Positions 61,294 to 64,000 of a stretch of DNA of 64,000 bases are shown piece after piece. The notes beneath the pieces were generated by a model. It was not told the DNA's origin and did not search any database. It saw nothing but the letters and a program-made list of their open reading frames with translations. The translations under genes and the position numbers were made by a program. The stretch comes from Desulfobacterales bacterium. Lineage in GTDB: Bacteria; Desulfobacterota; Desulfobacteria; Desulfobacterales; UBA5852. Where the stretch lies: assembly GCA_963674755.2 (NCBI GenBank), contig CAXXVS010000003.1:1344001-1408000 (forward strand), in the 5' to 3' direction. The stretch's first letter is position 1. Each line of letters begins with the position of its first letter.

Positions 61294-61495
61294 CAAATCA
61301 AAAATCGTGAACAGCATTTTTTAACCAGGACAAAACCATATCCAATCTTATAGGGTCGATGCAGAAAAGAGGATTTTTGATCCTGATCAAGGCCGCACAA
61401 GGGTTTTGCTGTGAGGCGTACATCGGTACGCCGCAGCAGGAAAACCCGCTGCGACCGGCCGAGCAGGCTCATAAAGACCTTTTCTGGTCGGCTCC

Positions 61496-62347
61496 TCATT
61501 TGGTGTAGAGCCATATGATATTGATGATTGACATGGCCAATCCCACGCTCCACACGTAGCCCAGCATCCAGCGCCAGGTCATGCGCGCCATGGCATTGTC
61601 CACGATCAACTCCGCAAAATAGGTTATGCCGACGAGCAGCAGCATGCCCGCCGCGCTGGTGGCCCAAAACAGGGCGCACAGTCCCAAAATCAAAACGGTT
61701 TCGTACCAGTGGCCGATTTCGATCAGGCCAAGAATGGGGCCGGAATGTTCGGTCAAAACGCCCTTGACGATTTCCTGGTGCCCGTGGTGCGAAGTCGAAA
61801 AGTCGAAGGGTGACTTGCGCAGCTTGATGGTGAGCGCATAGGTCAGGACCAAGAAGATCAGTGGCAGCTCCTTGAGCAACGGCGTAGCATGGCCGTAGAC
61901 GGCGGAGATCTTGAAGCTGCCGGTCACCGAGTAGATGGTGACGAACACCAGAATAAGAAGGGGTTCGTAGGTCAGCACCTGGATCAGCTCCCGCTGAGCG
62001 CCCACCTGGGCGTAGGGCGAGGGCACGGCCATGCCCCCCAGCACCAGGAAGACCGCACCCACGGCCTGCACGAAAAAGATCAGCAGGAGGTCCGATTGCA
62101 GAAAGAAGAGCACCACCGAGAGCACCGCCCCCACCAGGTAGACATAGGCGCAGAAGACCTGCCAGGCATTGGGCACGATCATCTGTTTGCCGAAGAGTTT
62201 GGCCACGTCGTAAAAGGGCTGCAGGATAGGCGGGCCGAAGCGGGCCTGCAGGCGGGCCGTGATGCGGCGGTCGATGCCGGCGATAAGCCCGCCCAACAGC
62301 GGCGCGCCCCCCAGGGCGAACAGAATCAGCAGGGTATCCTTGATCAC
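61496..62347 (-). CDS. echB: Ech hydrogenase membrane subunit B (NuoH-like)
   Basis: GIDRRITARLQARFGPPILQPFYD and KLRKSPFDFSTSHHGHQE; GTG start overlaps the echA TGA. Confidence 0.9.
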   Translation of the reverse strand: MIKDTLLILFALGGAPLLGGLIAGIDRRITARLQARFGPPILQPFYDVAKLFGKQMIVPNAWQVFCAYVYLVGAVLSVVLFFLQSDLLLIFFVQAVGAVFLVLGGMAVPSPYAQVGAQRELIQVLTYEPLLILVFVTIYSVTGSFKISAVYGHATPLLKELPLIFLVLTYALTIKLRKSPFDFSTSHHGHQEIVKGVLTEHSGPILGLIEIGHWYETVLILGLCALFWATSAAGMLLLVGITYFAELIVDNAMARMTWRWMLGYVWSVGLAMSIINIIWLYTK

Positions 62348-64000
62348 AGGGCACCTCCCATCATCAGTACCAGCAACGCCACGGCCACGTTGTTGACCCA
62401 GAAGGTCAGGCGCTCTTCCCCGAAGAGCCGGGTCAGATAGTAGTTGCCGGTTTCGATCCGGACGATCCGGTTCATGGGGCCGCGGAAGGTTTCGTCGTCC
62501 GGTCCGCCGCTGTGGAGCCCGGACATGTACATGGGGGCCACGTGACGGGCGCGGGTCTTCTGGGCCTGCTTCAGGGCGGCCACGAAGCCCAGGGCCAGGA
62601 TGATGAAGATGGGGATGACGGTAAACCCGCCGATGGGGCTGTCGAGGCTTCCGAAGCTCACCTGATACGGCGCAAAAGCCAGCATAGGGCGCACCAGCAG
62701 GCTGTAAATCCAGGGCAGGACCAGGCTGAAGAGGACCGCGCCGCCGGCCAGCACGTTCAAGGGCCCGATGGTGAAGGCGGACATGGGCTCCGGCGTGAGC
62801 CCCTTTTTGTAGGAGGCACTCATCAGGATACCCGCCCAGCGGCCCCAGACCACGAACCCCAGGGCACTGCCCATGGCGATCATCCCCACCGCGGGCAGGT
62901 TGTTGGAGGCGGCCTCGATAGCCATCCATTTGCTGATCAGCACGCCGAAGGGCGGCAGCAGCATGGTCATGATGCCGATCACGGTGATGACCGCGATGCG
63001 GGGCTTGATGGCGAACAGCCCCCGCATATCCTCGATGTCGCGGCTGCCGATCTCCTGTTCGATGGTGCCGACGCACAGAAACAGCAGGGCCTTGGAGACG
63101 GCGTGGAAGATGATCAGCAGGATGCCGGCCGTGAGCGCGGTGGGCGTGTTGATGCCGGCGCAGGCGATGATCAGGCCCAGGTTGGAAATGGTGGAATAGG
63201 CCAGGATCTTCTTGGCGTTGCGCTGGCCCAGGGCCAGGGCGATGGTTACCAGGAAGGTGAAGGCCCCCACGATGGCCAGCCCCTGGCTGAAAAAGGTACC
63301 GGCAAAGACAGGTGCAAAGCGGAAGATGACGTAGACGCCGGCCTTGACCATGGTACTCGAGTGCAGCAGGGCGCTGACCGGGGTGGGCGCCACCATGGCG
63401 CCCAACAGCCAGCTCTGGAAGGGCACCTGGGCCGACTTGGTGAACCCGGCCAGGCAGAACAGGGCCATGGGCACCAGCAGGGCGGCGGCCGGGCCGGCGG
63501 CCACGATCTGCTGGATGTCGGTGGTGCCGGTGATCTGGTGGACGCCGATCATGCCGGCGACAAAGGCCACGCCGCCCAGGGCGTTCATCCACAGGGCCCG
63601 CAGCGCGTTTTGGACGGCCAATTCGGTGCCGTCATGGCCGATCAGCAGGAAGGAGCACAGGGTGGTGACCTCGAAAAAGAAGTAGAGCCAGACGATGTCA
63701 TTGGAAAGTGCCAGCCCGTTCATGGCGCCCAGGAAAGCCAGCAGCAGGAAGAAAAAGCGTGGCTGTCGGGAGTGAGCCGGCTTCTGGTGATCTTCGTGGC
63801 GCTGCATGTAGGGCAGGGCGAACACACAGATCAGCGATCCCACGATGGAGACTATCAGGGTGATGATAAGCGAAAGGTTGTCGCCGTAGAAGCCGGCCGC
63901 CGGAGCTTTGTGATCGATCAGAAAGAGTTCGAAGAACATCAGGGGCAGGGCCTGCAGGGCCACCAGGACCATGATGAGTTTATGGCGGTGCCGGCGAGCG
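62344..64000 (-). CDS. echA: Ech hydrogenase antiporter-like subunit A (5' end outside the window)
   Basis: KSAQVPFQSWLLGAMVAPTPVSALLHSSTMVKAG and KKILAYSTISNLG; the frame is open to the window edge. Confidence 0.92.
   Translation of the reverse strand, partial: ARRHRHKLIMVLVALQALPLMFFELFLIDHKAPAAGFYGDNLSLIITLIVSIVGSLICVFALPYMQRHEDHQKPAHSRQPRFFFLLLAFLGAMNGLALSNDIVWLYFFFEVTTLCSFLLIGHDGTELAVQNALRALWMNALGGVAFVAGMIGVHQITGTTDIQQIVAAGPAAALLVPMALFCLAGFTKSAQVPFQSWLLGAMVAPTPVSALLHSSTMVKAGVYVIFRFAPVFAGTFFSQGLAIVGAFTFLVTIALALGQRNAKKILAYSTISNLGLIIACAGINTPTALTAGILLIIFHAVSKALLFLCVGTIEQEIGSRDIEDMRGLFAIKPRIAVITVIGIMTMLLPPFGVLISKWMAIEAASNNLPAVGMIAMGSALGFVVWGRWAGILMSASYKKGLTPEPMSAFTIGPLNVLAGGAVLFSLVLPWIYSLLVRPMLAFAPYQVSFGSLDSPIGGFTVIPIFIILALGFVAALKQAQKTRARHVAPMYMSGLHSGGPDDETFRGPMNRIVRIETGNYYLTRLFGEERLTFWVNNVAVALLVLMMGGAL

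Noticed and set aside
61496..63592. 698-aa ORF suggesting an extended or fused EchB
   Set aside because: The first ~415 aa are an off-frame read of echA; the real echB starts at GTG 62347
1..64000. CRISPR arrays, IS/transposases, integrases, prophage genes, rRNA
   Set aside because: None recognisable; the repeats found are not regularly spaced repeat-spacer arrays

Overview
GC-rich chromosomal window from what looks like an anaerobic deltaproteobacterium (Desulfobacterales-like; inferred from gene content). From left to right it holds: (i) a TPR-GAF-AAA+ sigma54 activator divergent from a sigma54-driven lipid/acyl-CoA catabolic operon (SCP2 carrier, CoA ligase, two DUF2148-like Fe-S proteins, acyl-CoA dehydrogenase, SCPx-type thiolase, SDR, decayed epimerase); (ii) an RND pump with a divergent TolC, cfa, a PilZ protein and a MASE3 kinase; (iii) a complete GAK-system locus of unknown function (XXXCH protein, divergent PHP hydrolase, amphi-Trp x2, PhoU-phosphotransferase fusion, ATP-grasp, HprK-related kinase, CofD-like) facing phnXW; (iv) stress, signalling and envelope genes; (v) an AlaC-like aminotransferase; (vi) an echABCDEF [NiFe]-hydrogenase operon carrying structured intergenic repeats. 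The most striking unannotated element is upstream of the AlaC-like gene. It has a sigma70 promoter, a 25-aa leader peptide with six consecutive Ala codons, and mutually exclusive terminator/antiterminator hairpins, which together make a candidate alanine-sensing ribosome-mediated attenuator. All protein calls come from motif recognition by eye; no searches were run. Several start codons were moved from the ORF track to RBS-supported positions.
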